Source: Poseidonia sp. (GTDB lineage: Archaea > Thermoplasmatota > Poseidoniia > Poseidoniales > Poseidoniaceae). Taken from it: 64,000 nucleotides of DNA. Below are positions 9,575 through 19,243 of the stretch, in pieces. Both the position numbers and the translations under genes were made by a program. The notes under the pieces are model-generated. The model had not been told where the DNA came from. It saw only the letters and a program-made list of their open reading frames with translations, and did no database searches. The stretch spans positions 41,480 to 105,479 of the forward strand of contig CBFIDD010000005.1 in the NCBI GenBank assembly GCA_965661285.1, read 5' to 3'. Every line of letters begins with the position of its first letter. Positions within the stretch are counted from its first letter, which is position 1.

Positions 9575-9890
9575 CACTATCTCTGCTTTCCCGGCTTGGT
9601 TGATTCATAAAATCGGTTTGACGGAAAAAAAGAGCATCGTTCATCGTTGCGGCCGCTCATGACTATTTCATATCTATTTAACCAAGTATTTATACTTTTT
9701 GTGTAGAAGCCCTTTGAGACGTGCATCCAACACCCGTAAAAACTCACAACAAACGTAGAGGAAGCAAGGAATAGCGATTTCCGCCCGACCCTATATGAAC
9801 CACGCGATTCCTTTCACTGGCAAGGACCAAACATCATCCACCTTATCTTGAAATAGGCTCGGGTGTGTTGTTGGGGACGGGCTGGCATTC

Positions 9891-12800
9891 ATGGAATCTT
9901 CAACGGCGATAACTTCTGAATATGTTCCATCGGGGGAAGGCCTTCCCTCGTGGCTGTTCGAGGCGTTGTGCTCACCTTCCCAACACGCTGCGATGCTGGT
10001 GATTCATCCTACCGAACTCCATCGCCAGCAGACCCTTGAACGCCTTCATCAGCACGGCGTCTCCGTCTCACCACAGCATCACTTGACGCTCAACAGTCTC
10101 ATCCGTCTCCTTCATGTCGACCTCCGGCTTCCCGTCCTGCTCGATGATGAGGCGAGCACGTTCATGGCCCTCCATGGAAAATGTGTTGAGGCTGCAGAGG
10201 CAACGGCGCTCCCGTTTCTGTACACTCCCGGTGTTGGGTCATGGACACTCACCAAAACGCGTCGCCTCCAACGTTTGCACGGCGAACTTCTTCAACTGCG
10301 CAATCCGTTCAAGTGGGAGGGCGACCCGGGCGCTGAAGTCTTTCATCAACTCTGCCTTGAGGTTGAGGAAGCGGCTGGTGGAACCCTTCCGTCACTGATC
10401 ACCCTTCACGTGCTCGAAGCCCTGCGCAAGGCCACCGAATCACCCTTTCACCTCAGCGGGGTTGCAGGCATCGTGCTGCTGGACATGGCACCGGATTTCA
10501 CGGAAATTGAACACGACCTTCTTTCGGCCATCTCCGTGTTTTGTCCGGTTCACCAATTGCTCAACCCCGGCTCGTTTCGCTTGGGATTCCACGGCGCCTA
10601 TCTCGTCGATGAGGCACCCTGCACGGCGGAAACCCTGCCGTCCTGGCTTCCACCTCATGAACCGTGGTCATCAACTAACGAGGGATGGCAAACCGATGTG
10701 GGTCGACAAAACACAACGGAAATCACACGCCTGACCCTCGACGAGCGTGGCCAAGCAACGGATGCTGCCTTGGCGCTGATTCAGGCTTACAGAGCACGCC
10801 ACGACGGCGATGTTCTGGTTGTCGACGCTGCCGTTCGGGACCGGTCGCTTGCGTGGTCCTCTGCGCTTGCGAGCATTGGCCTCACCTGGCATGCAGGTTC
10901 GACGATGCTGAATCAACAACCCCTGCACCACGCCATTGCGCGGGCCGCTTCGATGGCGCTGGGGATGCGTTCTTGGGCACTTTCGTCCCTTCGCAGTGTC
11001 TTTTTTTCCGCCACCATCCCGCTTCTTGACGATCTTTTTCCCCGCCTCAATCACCCCACCGAGGGAACATGGCGCCCACGTCCCGACCCGAGTGTTCTCG
11101 AGGACATGGCGAGGAATTTCCACGTGCTCGGGGGCCCCGGGGCCATCGCTCGCTGGCTTGGCGTTCTCTCCTCGGCCACACCTTCGTTCGCTGAACGGCG
11201 ACCAGAAGAGAAAGCTCGGGCTTTGGAAGAAACCCAATGGTGGCTGGCATGCTTGCTTCAGATGTGGGCGCCGCTGCTTTCGCCCGAAGACAGACATTTG
11301 CTCCAGCGCCCCGTCGAAGGCTGCACGTCGGGTGCTTCACTTCCGCTCCCCGAACCAACATCTTCTGGCATGGCGTGGCTGTCGTGGTTTGTCTCCATCA
11401 TCGACGTTCATGCTTTGGCCTCACGCCGTGCTCCCCACGACGCTGGTGTGGGCACCCTCCAAGTGTTGATCGAATCCATGAACGATATCAAGCACCAACT
11501 TCAGGCCATGGGATTGCCCTTCGACGATGAGGGCGCGGCCTTCGTTGACCTGCTCGAACATGTCGGTGAGACGGCCAAGGTTACGCACCAAACCTCCCGC
11601 ACCCATCGTCTTCAGGTCGTTTCCCCCGAAGATGCGCTTGGTTGTGCGGCAGACCTGGTATTGTTGGTCGGCTTGGACGTGGATGCGTGGTCAATGAAAT
11701 CCTCCACCGTGCCTTGGTTGGACGCTCCCGCTCGGTTGGAACTTGGTCTCTTTCATACGGACCTTCGGGTGCGTCGTGGTCGCCATCACCTTCGTCATTT
11801 GCTCAACGCTGGAAAGCACCTGGTCGTGTTTGACTCCTCGCCCGAAGAAGGGGGCGGTCCGAGCGCACCTTTGGCTGAGTGGTTGAGCGACCAGCAACGG
11901 AGCAAGGCTTGGGATGCCATGCGCAGACCGCCGAGTTTCCTTCCGCCGTCCATGTACGAAGGCGACGAAGGGTCCCGATCTTTCGGATGGGTTCCGCGTG
12001 AGGAAGGGCACGGGAGCTGGCTCACGCCGGTCGTCCACGCATCCATTGAAACCGACGGTGGAACACATCTTGTACGGCACGGATTCAGTGGACGTGACCG
12101 ACGACAACAACTCGGCCTCGACCTCCATGCCGGCCTCCACGTGTCCGAGGAACTCAACCACCCAAGGGCTCTTCTCGACGCTTACGAGGGTGCCGTCCAG
12201 GCCGACCGTCGGCGGCGTCAGCCGCTTGCAAAACGGATTGAAGCCGGCCAAGCCTTCCCCTGGGAGCGACGGGCCGACCTCTTGAGTGTGGACGCCGTGA
12301 CGCTCCGGCCAACGGCTGCTTCGCTCAAGGTGGCCTCGGTGGCCTCGGGTGTATTTCCTCACCTCGGCTACCGTGGAGAGAAATCGGTCTCCTTGAGCGT
12401 CGACCCTCGCCCACTCCCTCCTTACAGCGCCACCGAAACAGGATTGGACCATCGCTTTGGCCAAATCGAGTCTTCGGTGGAACGGGAAACGTGGTCGCCC
12501 AGTCGCCTCGAAGGCTGGTTGAAATGCCCGCGTCAAGCATGGATGAAACAGGTGTTGGGTGCCGAAGACGATGAGGAGGTCGTTTCCGAAGACATCGATG
12601 TCAGGGTGCGAGGTCAAATCATCCACGATGCCGAGGCTGCCCTGTTGGCGGGTCACGGCATCCAACTCGGTCATGAGACCTCGAATGAACCCGTGCCTTT
12701 GCACGCAGGCCCGATGGGCCAAGGCCGTGCGGGCTGGGATACCATGCTCGCGTTCTTGGAGGAAAACGTGCTTTGGCTGGGACGAAAGAACGCCGTCTCC

Positions 12801-13628
12801 GTCCATCGCACAAAAGACCTCATCGACGCCACGGTTGAGGAGTGGCAAGCCTACAAAGAAGGCGAGATTGAATTGCCTCCCCAAGGACGCCTTGCTCGAT
12901 TGTTGGAGGCCGACCTCTCGCTGCGACACGCCGCGCCGGTCGCCGTTGAATGGTCGCCGTCCACGAACACAGAACGTTCGGTGTTGCTCGACGACGACCC
13001 GCAAAGCGGCGCTCAGGGCTTCCGCCTGTTTGGATACGCTGACCGCGTGGATGTGCTGGTGTTGCCCGATACGGTTCGCAGTGCTTTTGTGGAAAGTGGC
13101 GTCCTCTCCGAGGACACGTACGACACGCCCTATCCGCTTCATGGCGAACGTCGTCCTGCGCAGCGTTTGGTCATCATCCGCGATTTCAAAACCGTTGCTG
13201 GACCGAAACCCGAAAACGTGGGCATGCGGCATATGCGCTGTTTGTTCGAAGACCTCCAACTCGCACTGTACGCTCGAGCTTGGGAACTCCGCCATCCCAA
13301 CGACCGTGTGGTCGGTGTGGGCGCCAGCGAAGTGGGTGAATACACCAAACACCATGTTGAACTCGACGAAGATTTACTTCCTTACACCGAATTCCTTGAG
13401 GTCGGCGAGGTGAGCGATGTCTTTGCGAATCACTTCCCTGCCGAAACCCGAACCGGAAAGGCCACCACGCCGTTTCGTCGGTGGATGGCCGAACGGTTGG
13501 CGGTTGCTCAACGCGCCGTTGACACTGCGGCCCAGGGGCGCGTCAACCCGACGCCAGGGCGCCACTGCAGTTATTGTGCCCTCGCCCACTCTTGCGCCGT
13601 TTCCGACCACGCCGGGGGTGATTTTTGA
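9891..13628 (+). CDS. AddB/AdnA-like subunit: inactive helicase scaffold plus C-terminal PD-(D/E)XK RecB-family nuclease with 4-Cys motif
   Basis: 'WSPSRLEGWLKCPRQ', 'RGQIIH', 'GYADRVD', 'DFKT', 'QLALYA', 'CSYCALAHSC'. No Walker A is visible. Confidence 0.85.
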   Translation: MESSTAITSEYVPSGEGLPSWLFEALCSPSQHAAMLVIHPTELHRQQTLERLHQHGVSVSPQHHLTLNSLIRLLHVDLRLPVLLDDEASTFMALHGKCVEAAEATALPFLYTPGVGSWTLTKTRRLQRLHGELLQLRNPFKWEGDPGAEVFHQLCLEVEEAAGGTLPSLITLHVLEALRKATESPFHLSGVAGIVLLDMAPDFTEIEHDLLSAISVFCPVHQLLNPGSFRLGFHGAYLVDEAPCTAETLPSWLPPHEPWSSTNEGWQTDVGRQNTTEITRLTLDERGQATDAALALIQAYRARHDGDVLVVDAAVRDRSLAWSSALASIGLTWHAGSTMLNQQPLHHAIARAASMALGMRSWALSSLRSVFFSATIPLLDDLFPRLNHPTEGTWRPRPDPSVLEDMARNFHVLGGPGAIARWLGVLSSATPSFAERRPEEKARALEETQWWLACLLQMWAPLLSPEDRHLLQRPVEGCTSGASLPLPEPTSSGMAWLSWFVSIIDVHALASRRAPHDAGVGTLQVLIESMNDIKHQLQAMGLPFDDEGAAFVDLLEHVGETAKVTHQTSRTHRLQVVSPEDALGCAADLVLLVGLDVDAWSMKSSTVPWLDAPARLELGLFHTDLRVRRGRHHLRHLLNAGKHLVVFDSSPEEGGGPSAPLAEWLSDQQRSKAWDAMRRPPSFLPPSMYEGDEGSRSFGWVPREEGHGSWLTPVVHASIETDGGTHLVRHGFSGRDRRQQLGLDLHAGLHVSEELNHPRALLDAYEGAVQADRRRRQPLAKRIEAGQAFPWERRADLLSVDAVTLRPTAASLKVASVASGVFPHLGYRGEKSVSLSVDPRPLPPYSATETGLDHRFGQIESSVERETWSPSRLEGWLKCPRQAWMKQVLGAEDDEEVVSEDIDVRVRGQIIHDAEAALLAGHGIQLGHETSNEPVPLHAGPMGQGRAGWDTMLAFLEENVLWLGRKNAVSVHRTKDLIDATVEEWQAYKEGEIELPPQGRLARLLEADLSLRHAAPVAVEWSPSTNTERSVLLDDDPQSGAQGFRLFGYADRVDVLVLPDTVRSAFVESGVLSEDTYDTPYPLHGERRPAQRLVIIRDFKTVAGPKPENVGMRHMRCLFEDLQLALYARAWELRHPNDRVVGVGASEVGEYTKHHVELDEDLLPYTEFLEVGEVSDVFANHFPAETRTGKATTPFRRWMAERLAVAQRAVDTAAQGRVNPTPGRHCSYCALAHSCAVSDHAGGDF

Positions 13629-16600
13629 TGATCGAATTCAACAACAGTCAACGCTTGGGTTTGGACCTTGACCGACATATTGCTCTTGATGCTGGAGCAG
13701 GCACGGGGAAGACCACGGTGATGGCGGAACGCTACGTACAGCATCTGATCGCCGGCCAACAACGTGCGACCCATGTCACACCACCGGGGCCTCGCACACC
13801 CCTTACCGGCCAAGGTGCACTTCGAGCCCCGAAGCGCGAACGAACGTCACTCGAAGCGTGGCCCGGACTCCTTCCCTCCGAAACGGTTGCCATCACGTTT
13901 ACGCGCAAATCTGCGGCTGAACTCAAAGCGCGCATTCGCCACAGGCTCGCACTGACCCGTGCCCTTCCTCCCGATGAAGAGGATGTTGACGGTGTGTTTG
14001 ACCCTCGCTTGCGCCATGAAGGCGATGTCGAGATGTTGCTTTCAGGTCTCGATGAAGCGCCCATTTCCACCATTGACGCCTTCCTCAGTCAACTCGTCCA
14101 GCCCTACATCGACCTCGTGGCCCTCTATCCCTCCAACCAACAAGTTTCCGAGGAACGCAAGCCCTTGATGGTGCAGGATACGTTGCACGCGGTTTGGCGT
14201 ATTCGTTCGGTTGAAGACGCCCGAGAGGCCGGTGTTCTCTATCACCACCAGGCGTTCCTTGATGCACGTGACCGTTTGGTTGGCCGATTGGGCGGCCAAG
14301 ACCAAGCCGAGGTCGTTTTGGGAGGGCTCCTCGACCGTTCGCTCTTTGTTGAGCAATCTCACCGGTCCATGATTCAACGCGCTGAAACCATGGGTGCGGA
14401 TTGGAACGGTCGGGGGCCAGCACCGATTCAGGTTCTGCTCAACACCATCGCTGAACCCGTTGAGGATGTCCTCGAGGACTTTCTCGTTCCTTTTCACCAC
14501 GACCTCAATGCATGGGTGCAGGAATTTTTGCTGTACCGCACACAGTGCGTCGAGCCCGCAGAGGCCGACACACACCTCACGCGCTTCAACCACCTGACAC
14601 GTTTGGTCACGGGCGACCTTCCAAGCCAACCCGGTGAACAACTGGCTTGGTTTTGGAAAGCCTTGCTCGGTATCGCTACTGCGTCGGGCTTGGTCAAGCC
14701 GCAATGCACGTTCTTTCCCCGTGATTTGCTGCCCAACGGCGATGGTTGGCCATCTGGTCTGCTTTCGAAATCGAGGGCCAAAGGCATTGGCAAAGACGAC
14801 AAGGTCGCCCTGTATGCAAGGGCCCTCACCCACATCCAAAACCTGCGTCGCCGCTTGAATTCCGCCGATGGAACCCTGATGCGTCTCCTTGCACGCTCAG
14901 CCTTTTTGCTCAATCCGGGCGATGGCTTTGACGGTATGCCGCTTGAGAGTTCACTGCGTTTGGACCCCCTCGAAGACCCACTTCCCGCCGCACCAACCGA
15001 GCGAGGCATGTACGTCACGGCGACCTTACAGACGCAGGTTTTGAGCGACCTGCTCATCGTCCACAAAGCTTGCAACCAAATCCTGGCTCGTCGCAAATCC
15101 CTTGACAACATGCACGACTTTGACGACATGCAGCGCTTTGCTGCAGATTTGCTGCTGGCCCGCTGCCCTGACATCTGCCGGCATCGTTACCCTCCTGAGG
15201 TGATTGATGCGCTTGACGGACTTGGTGAGGAGCCGTGGAGTGACGCCCATATTTCACGAGCGCTTACGCTGCTCAACGACCGTCCTGCACTGCAGGAAGA
15301 CCTTCACCGGCGCTTTTCCATACTCGGGGAGTTACGACGCCAGTATCGAGCATTCATCATCGACGAATATCAGGACACCAACCCGTCCCACTATCGGCTC
15401 CTCGCTCGTTTGTGGGGGCGCCGCCGTCACCATACCGACGATCCGTCTCGCCCACTCGGCGCCTGGGACCCAACGATTTGCATCGTCGGCGATATGAAAC
15501 AGAGCATCTACCGTTTCCGGCAAGCCGAGGTTTCTGTCATGCGAAGGGCTGTCGAGGCGATTCGTCAGTTCAACGCGGAGGAAGCCGATGAGCCGCGCCT
15601 TCAACACCTTCGGGAATCGGGCTGCGGACGCGACCCTCGTCCGGTTGGCGGCGGTGGTGAAACCGGTTCGTTTTCCAATGAACATACGGGCGAGGTTTCG
15701 GCGCCTCACACCTTCGTTCGTTTTGCTGAGGAAGATGTCGAAGGGCAACCGGCCATTGCAGGGGAGCGTCTTCTTCGCCGGGTGGAGGGCCACATTGACC
15801 TGACGTCCAACCACCGAACACGCCATGATTTGATGGAGACGATGAACGACATGTTCGACGAGGTGTTTGACCCGAGGTACCACGCGCTTCCCGGGGATTG
15901 GCACGCTGAAGCCCAACGCCTTCGGCCAGCACGGAACACCTCTTCTTCCGGGGCGCTGGAATGGTTGCTTCCCATCCCGGGGTCCATCGAGGCGGTGCCA
16001 AGCGATCTCGATCTGGCGGTGAACACGTTTGCAGACCCCTCGGCTTCCATCGTTCATCTTGAACATGAACTTCTCGCAGACCGACTTCATGCGCTGCTGC
16101 ACCAGAGCCCCACGCGGGTTTGGGACAGTCAAGCACCGGGATGGGTTGAGGTGGTCGAGCCAGACGGTCCGCCCGTCCGCCCGCAGGACATTATGATTCT
16201 CATTAACTCGCGAAAACACCTTCCCGACCTCGTTGAACGCCTGCGCGCTCGAAACATCCCGGTGATGGCCGACCGACAAGGCCTCCTGTTGATGCAACCC
16301 GTCGTTCAGCCGTTGATGGCCATTCTTGCTCTCATGGCACGCCCCGCTTCACGGAGGGCGGCGGTTGAATTGGCCCGTTCTCCCGTCGTTGGGATGACCG
16401 AGCAACAGGTCCACGAATGCTTGACGACCCTGCCCGAGGGCGGTGAAGTGCTCCCTCACTTGCTTGAGCGTGCGCCGAGTGAAGGTGTTGCCACGCTGCT
16501 CAGGAGGCTTCAACACCGCATTCAATGGGGGGCGGTCTACGATGCGTTTGACCTTCTTTTGGATGAATCGGACCTTCTGGTTGCGTATCCAGACGATGCC

Positions 16601-18568
16601 CAGCGCCAATTTGCCGAGGCGTGGGTGGCCATGCTCCACGCCATGGGGAAGGATTCCGGACACGACCCGGCTGCGATGTATCGTCGACTGATGGACGTCC
16701 GTGCGCTCGGCAACCAAGGACCGCAAGCCATCACGCAGCCCACTGCATCCGCCGTCCAAATCATGACCATCCACGGCTCTAAGGGTCTTCAGGCTCCTGT
16801 GGTCGTTGTCACCGGCCTGTTTTCTGCAGGAAAGGCGGATGCGAGCATGTCCGTCCAAGACAACATCCTCGTGACTCCACAGGTGCTTGCTGGGCGCATC
16901 CAGCCTTGGCGAGCACGAGACCGCCCGCACGATGGCCTGTGGGCGTTCACGGCCGAGATGAACAAAGCCCAAGACAAGGCGGAACTGCGTCGCAAGTTTT
17001 ACGTGGCCCTGACCCGAGTCAAAGACCGCCTCATCGTCACGGGTTCGCCCGGAAATGCATCAACCTTCGACGCGTCCTCCGGCCTTCTTTCCGTTCGTTT
17101 CTCGCCTGACCCACGAACGATGGGACGCATGTTGGTCGAAGGCCTTCGCCGAGCGACCTGGCGCACCGGCACCCCTGCACCTTGGCTTTCCCAAAGCGAG
17201 GTTGAAAAGGCCACGCTCCCGCTCTTCAGTCCCCTGAAAACAGAGACGCTTCTCAATCCGGCCCAGTTGTTGAACACCATGCCGTTGGGCGAAAACGGGT
17301 TGGAAGGACTTCGTTTGTATCACCATCCCGATTGTTTTGAGACCACCACCACACGGTCGGCACAGGCACGTGCGAAGGCCCTTGCCCGTCATCTTCAGCA
17401 CCTTTCTCGCTCGCCCACGCCAACGACGCCACAGCTCGTCCTGGAGGAGAACATCAAGGGGGCTGCTCACCACCTTGATGCAACCTTTTCGTGTTCACGA
17501 AAATATTGGCTCGAACACGTCAAAGGATGGCCGACTGAACCGTTCCGACTGCCCAACACGGCTGCTGACCTGCCTTCGCCCAGTCGCTGGCCGGAACCCA
17601 CCACGTTTGGTTTGATGATGCACCGTGTTCTCGAAATCGGTTTGCGAAACCCGTGCCAGTTCGGTGCGACCACGCCTCACCTCGACACCTCGTGGCAACA
17701 CAAGAGCGACGCCGACCTCGCGAGCACCGAAACCATCGGACGCGTGATGAATGAATTTGGATACGGGCTCGAGCAAGAAGAAGGCTCGCAGCACGCGGTC
17801 TGGCGCGACCGACTGATGGACTTGAGTTCGCTCATCGACGAGGGCTTGCTCGGACGGTGGGTTCAGGGTGAATCGTTGAACGGATGGACGGTTGAGGCCG
17901 TCCGAACGGAACTGCCGTTTTTCCACCGTGAGGTGCTGACAACACCGCCTTCAACCGAAGGAACGCCGCAACCCTTCGCACAGCGAGACGGGGCGGCCGT
18001 GCACCACGTGAACATGGATTTCAACGGGCGAGCCGACTTGGTCCTGGCGCTGATGGATGATGACGGCCAGGGCGCGCTTCAGGTGGTTGACTTGAAGACA
18101 CGTGGTTGCCTTGGCGCCTTCAACCGAGAGGATGTATCGAAGGGTCACCCGCTCCAGGCGGTGCCGCCCAGCGAAACCAACCCCGTTCCCCAAAGCGACG
18201 AAGAAGCGGCCATCCTCCACGAACATCGCTTGCAGTTGACCTTGTATTCCATGGCGCTTGAAGCCGCCGAGGAAAAGAAACCGCCCTCAGAACAGCGACG
18301 CATTTTGCCTCCCGCTCTGCTTCTCGGGGCCAACGGCCGCATGGTCCAGTTATCGGAGGGCGCCTTTGCGCAGGCCAAAAAGGATCTCAGGGCGCATCTG
18401 GCCTGGCGAGCAACCGTTCACCTCAACCCGCATGCAGAGGAGCCGCGACGCCTTCCAAGCGGCTCGGAGACGTGCCGTCAATGCCCCTTTTACCGAGGCG
18501 ACTTGCGTCGTTGTGGGCCGGAGGGCGAGCCGCTGGGCTTCATCCATTTGATGGACGCTGAGCCGTGA
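13625..18568 (+). CDS. AddA/AdnB-like UvrD (SF1) helicase-nuclease
   Basis: 'AGAGTGKT', 'AITFTRKSAAELKARI', 'DEYQDTN', 'VGDMKQSIYRFRQA', 'TIHGSKGLQ', 'YVALTRVK'. Nuclease motifs 'GRADLV..DLKT..QLTLY' and 'CRQCPF..C'. Overlaps the upstream stop. Confidence 0.92.
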   Translation: MMIEFNNSQRLGLDLDRHIALDAGAGTGKTTVMAERYVQHLIAGQQRATHVTPPGPRTPLTGQGALRAPKRERTSLEAWPGLLPSETVAITFTRKSAAELKARIRHRLALTRALPPDEEDVDGVFDPRLRHEGDVEMLLSGLDEAPISTIDAFLSQLVQPYIDLVALYPSNQQVSEERKPLMVQDTLHAVWRIRSVEDAREAGVLYHHQAFLDARDRLVGRLGGQDQAEVVLGGLLDRSLFVEQSHRSMIQRAETMGADWNGRGPAPIQVLLNTIAEPVEDVLEDFLVPFHHDLNAWVQEFLLYRTQCVEPAEADTHLTRFNHLTRLVTGDLPSQPGEQLAWFWKALLGIATASGLVKPQCTFFPRDLLPNGDGWPSGLLSKSRAKGIGKDDKVALYARALTHIQNLRRRLNSADGTLMRLLARSAFLLNPGDGFDGMPLESSLRLDPLEDPLPAAPTERGMYVTATLQTQVLSDLLIVHKACNQILARRKSLDNMHDFDDMQRFAADLLLARCPDICRHRYPPEVIDALDGLGEEPWSDAHISRALTLLNDRPALQEDLHRRFSILGELRRQYRAFIIDEYQDTNPSHYRLLARLWGRRRHHTDDPSRPLGAWDPTICIVGDMKQSIYRFRQAEVSVMRRAVEAIRQFNAEEADEPRLQHLRESGCGRDPRPVGGGGETGSFSNEHTGEVSAPHTFVRFAEEDVEGQPAIAGERLLRRVEGHIDLTSNHRTRHDLMETMNDMFDEVFDPRYHALPGDWHAEAQRLRPARNTSSSGALEWLLPIPGSIEAVPSDLDLAVNTFADPSASIVHLEHELLADRLHALLHQSPTRVWDSQAPGWVEVVEPDGPPVRPQDIMILINSRKHLPDLVERLRARNIPVMADRQGLLLMQPVVQPLMAILALMARPASRRAAVELARSPVVGMTEQQVHECLTTLPEGGEVLPHLLERAPSEGVATLLRRLQHRIQWGAVYDAFDLLLDESDLLVAYPDDAQRQFAEAWVAMLHAMGKDSGHDPAAMYRRLMDVRALGNQGPQAITQPTASAVQIMTIHGSKGLQAPVVVVTGLFSAGKADASMSVQDNILVTPQVLAGRIQPWRARDRPHDGLWAFTAEMNKAQDKAELRRKFYVALTRVKDRLIVTGSPGNASTFDASSGLLSVRFSPDPRTMGRMLVEGLRRATWRTGTPAPWLSQSEVEKATLPLFSPLKTETLLNPAQLLNTMPLGENGLEGLRLYHHPDCFETTTTRSAQARAKALARHLQHLSRSPTPTTPQLVLEENIKGAAHHLDATFSCSRKYWLEHVKGWPTEPFRLPNTAADLPSPSRWPEPTTFGLMMHRVLEIGLRNPCQFGATTPHLDTSWQHKSDADLASTETIGRVMNEFGYGLEQEEGSQHAVWRDRLMDLSSLIDEGLLGRWVQGESLNGWTVEAVRTELPFFHREVLTTPPSTEGTPQPFAQRDGAAVHHVNMDFNGRADLVLALMDDDGQGALQVVDLKTRGCLGAFNREDVSKGHPLQAVPPSETNPVPQSDEEAAILHEHRLQLTLYSMALEAAEEKKPPSEQRRILPPALLLGANGRMVQLSEGAFAQAKKDLRAHLAWRATVHLNPHAEEPRRLPSGSETCRQCPFYRGDLRRCGPEGEPLGFIHLMDAEP

Positions 18569-19166
18569 GAACGAGGGTACCATTCCAGCCTTCTTTAGCA
18601 CCGATTTGGGTTGCCTCAACTCCGGTAAATCCGGCTTGTTGCAGACCTTCGGACCATTGCTCAATGGAGAGCAGCGCCATGTGGACGTTGAGTGAAGGCC
18701 CCCAGCCGTGACTGGATGGATTTTCGAGGTAGTGGTCAACACCGATCACGATGCGGCCACCGGGATTCATCCACGTGTCGTGAATCGTTTTGAGAAAGTC
18801 AAGCGGTTCTGAAAGATAGTACAGGAATTCCATCGTGTGGATAAGGTCAACAGGTTCTGACGGCGCCCAATCGGGCAGCATGGCCTCGACATACTCGCCT
18901 TCGGGGTCTATTTCTCGGGCCTTGGCGATCATGGACGGCGCGCCGTCTACACCAAAAGCTTGGGTGCACAGGGGATGCTCGCTGAGTCGGCGCACCACCC
19001 ATCCGTTGCCACAACCAATATCGAGGGCGGTGAACGGCTCGTTGCGTCCGTTGAGCAAGCGCTCAAGCATGACGTTGACGCTGGCTGTGTGGCCTCTTTC
19101 CATGCCTTCATCCCGTCCCTTTTCCGCCCATTCGCTGAACAGGTCCGTTGCGCTTCGAAGTCCCAT
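18540..19166 (-). CDS. Class I SAM-dependent methyltransferase
   Basis: 'ALDIGCGNGW', 'GVDGAPSMI', 'EFLYYL', 'PGGRIVIG'. A TTCATTGA box 30 nt upstream supports ATG 19166. Confidence 0.88.
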   Translation of the reverse strand: MGLRSATDLFSEWAEKGRDEGMERGHTASVNVMLERLLNGRNEPFTALDIGCGNGWVVRRLSEHPLCTQAFGVDGAPSMIAKAREIDPEGEYVEAMLPDWAPSEPVDLIHTMEFLYYLSEPLDFLKTIHDTWMNPGGRIVIGVDHYLENPSSHGWGPSLNVHMALLSIEQWSEGLQQAGFTGVEATQIGAKEGWNGTLVLTAQRPSNG

Positions 19167-19243
19167 GGTTGCCGTGGATTCACGGCGTTCAATGAAGGTG
19201 TTCATGGCGAAAGGAACATGCAGGCCCTCGTTTTGGGCGTTGC

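Noticed and set aside
9555-9890. Possible replication origin
   Set aside because: The region is AT-rich but has no recognisable ORB repeats with G-strings and no adjacent cdc6/orc1.
11691-13355. 554-aa minus-strand ORF inside the AddB-like gene
   Set aside because: Antisense shadow; the plus-strand frame carries the clear nuclease motifs.
9891-18568. Cas4-like nucleases suggesting a CRISPR system
   Set aside because: The 4-Cys RecB-type domains are fused to helicase scaffolds, and no cas1/cas2 or repeat-spacer array is visible.
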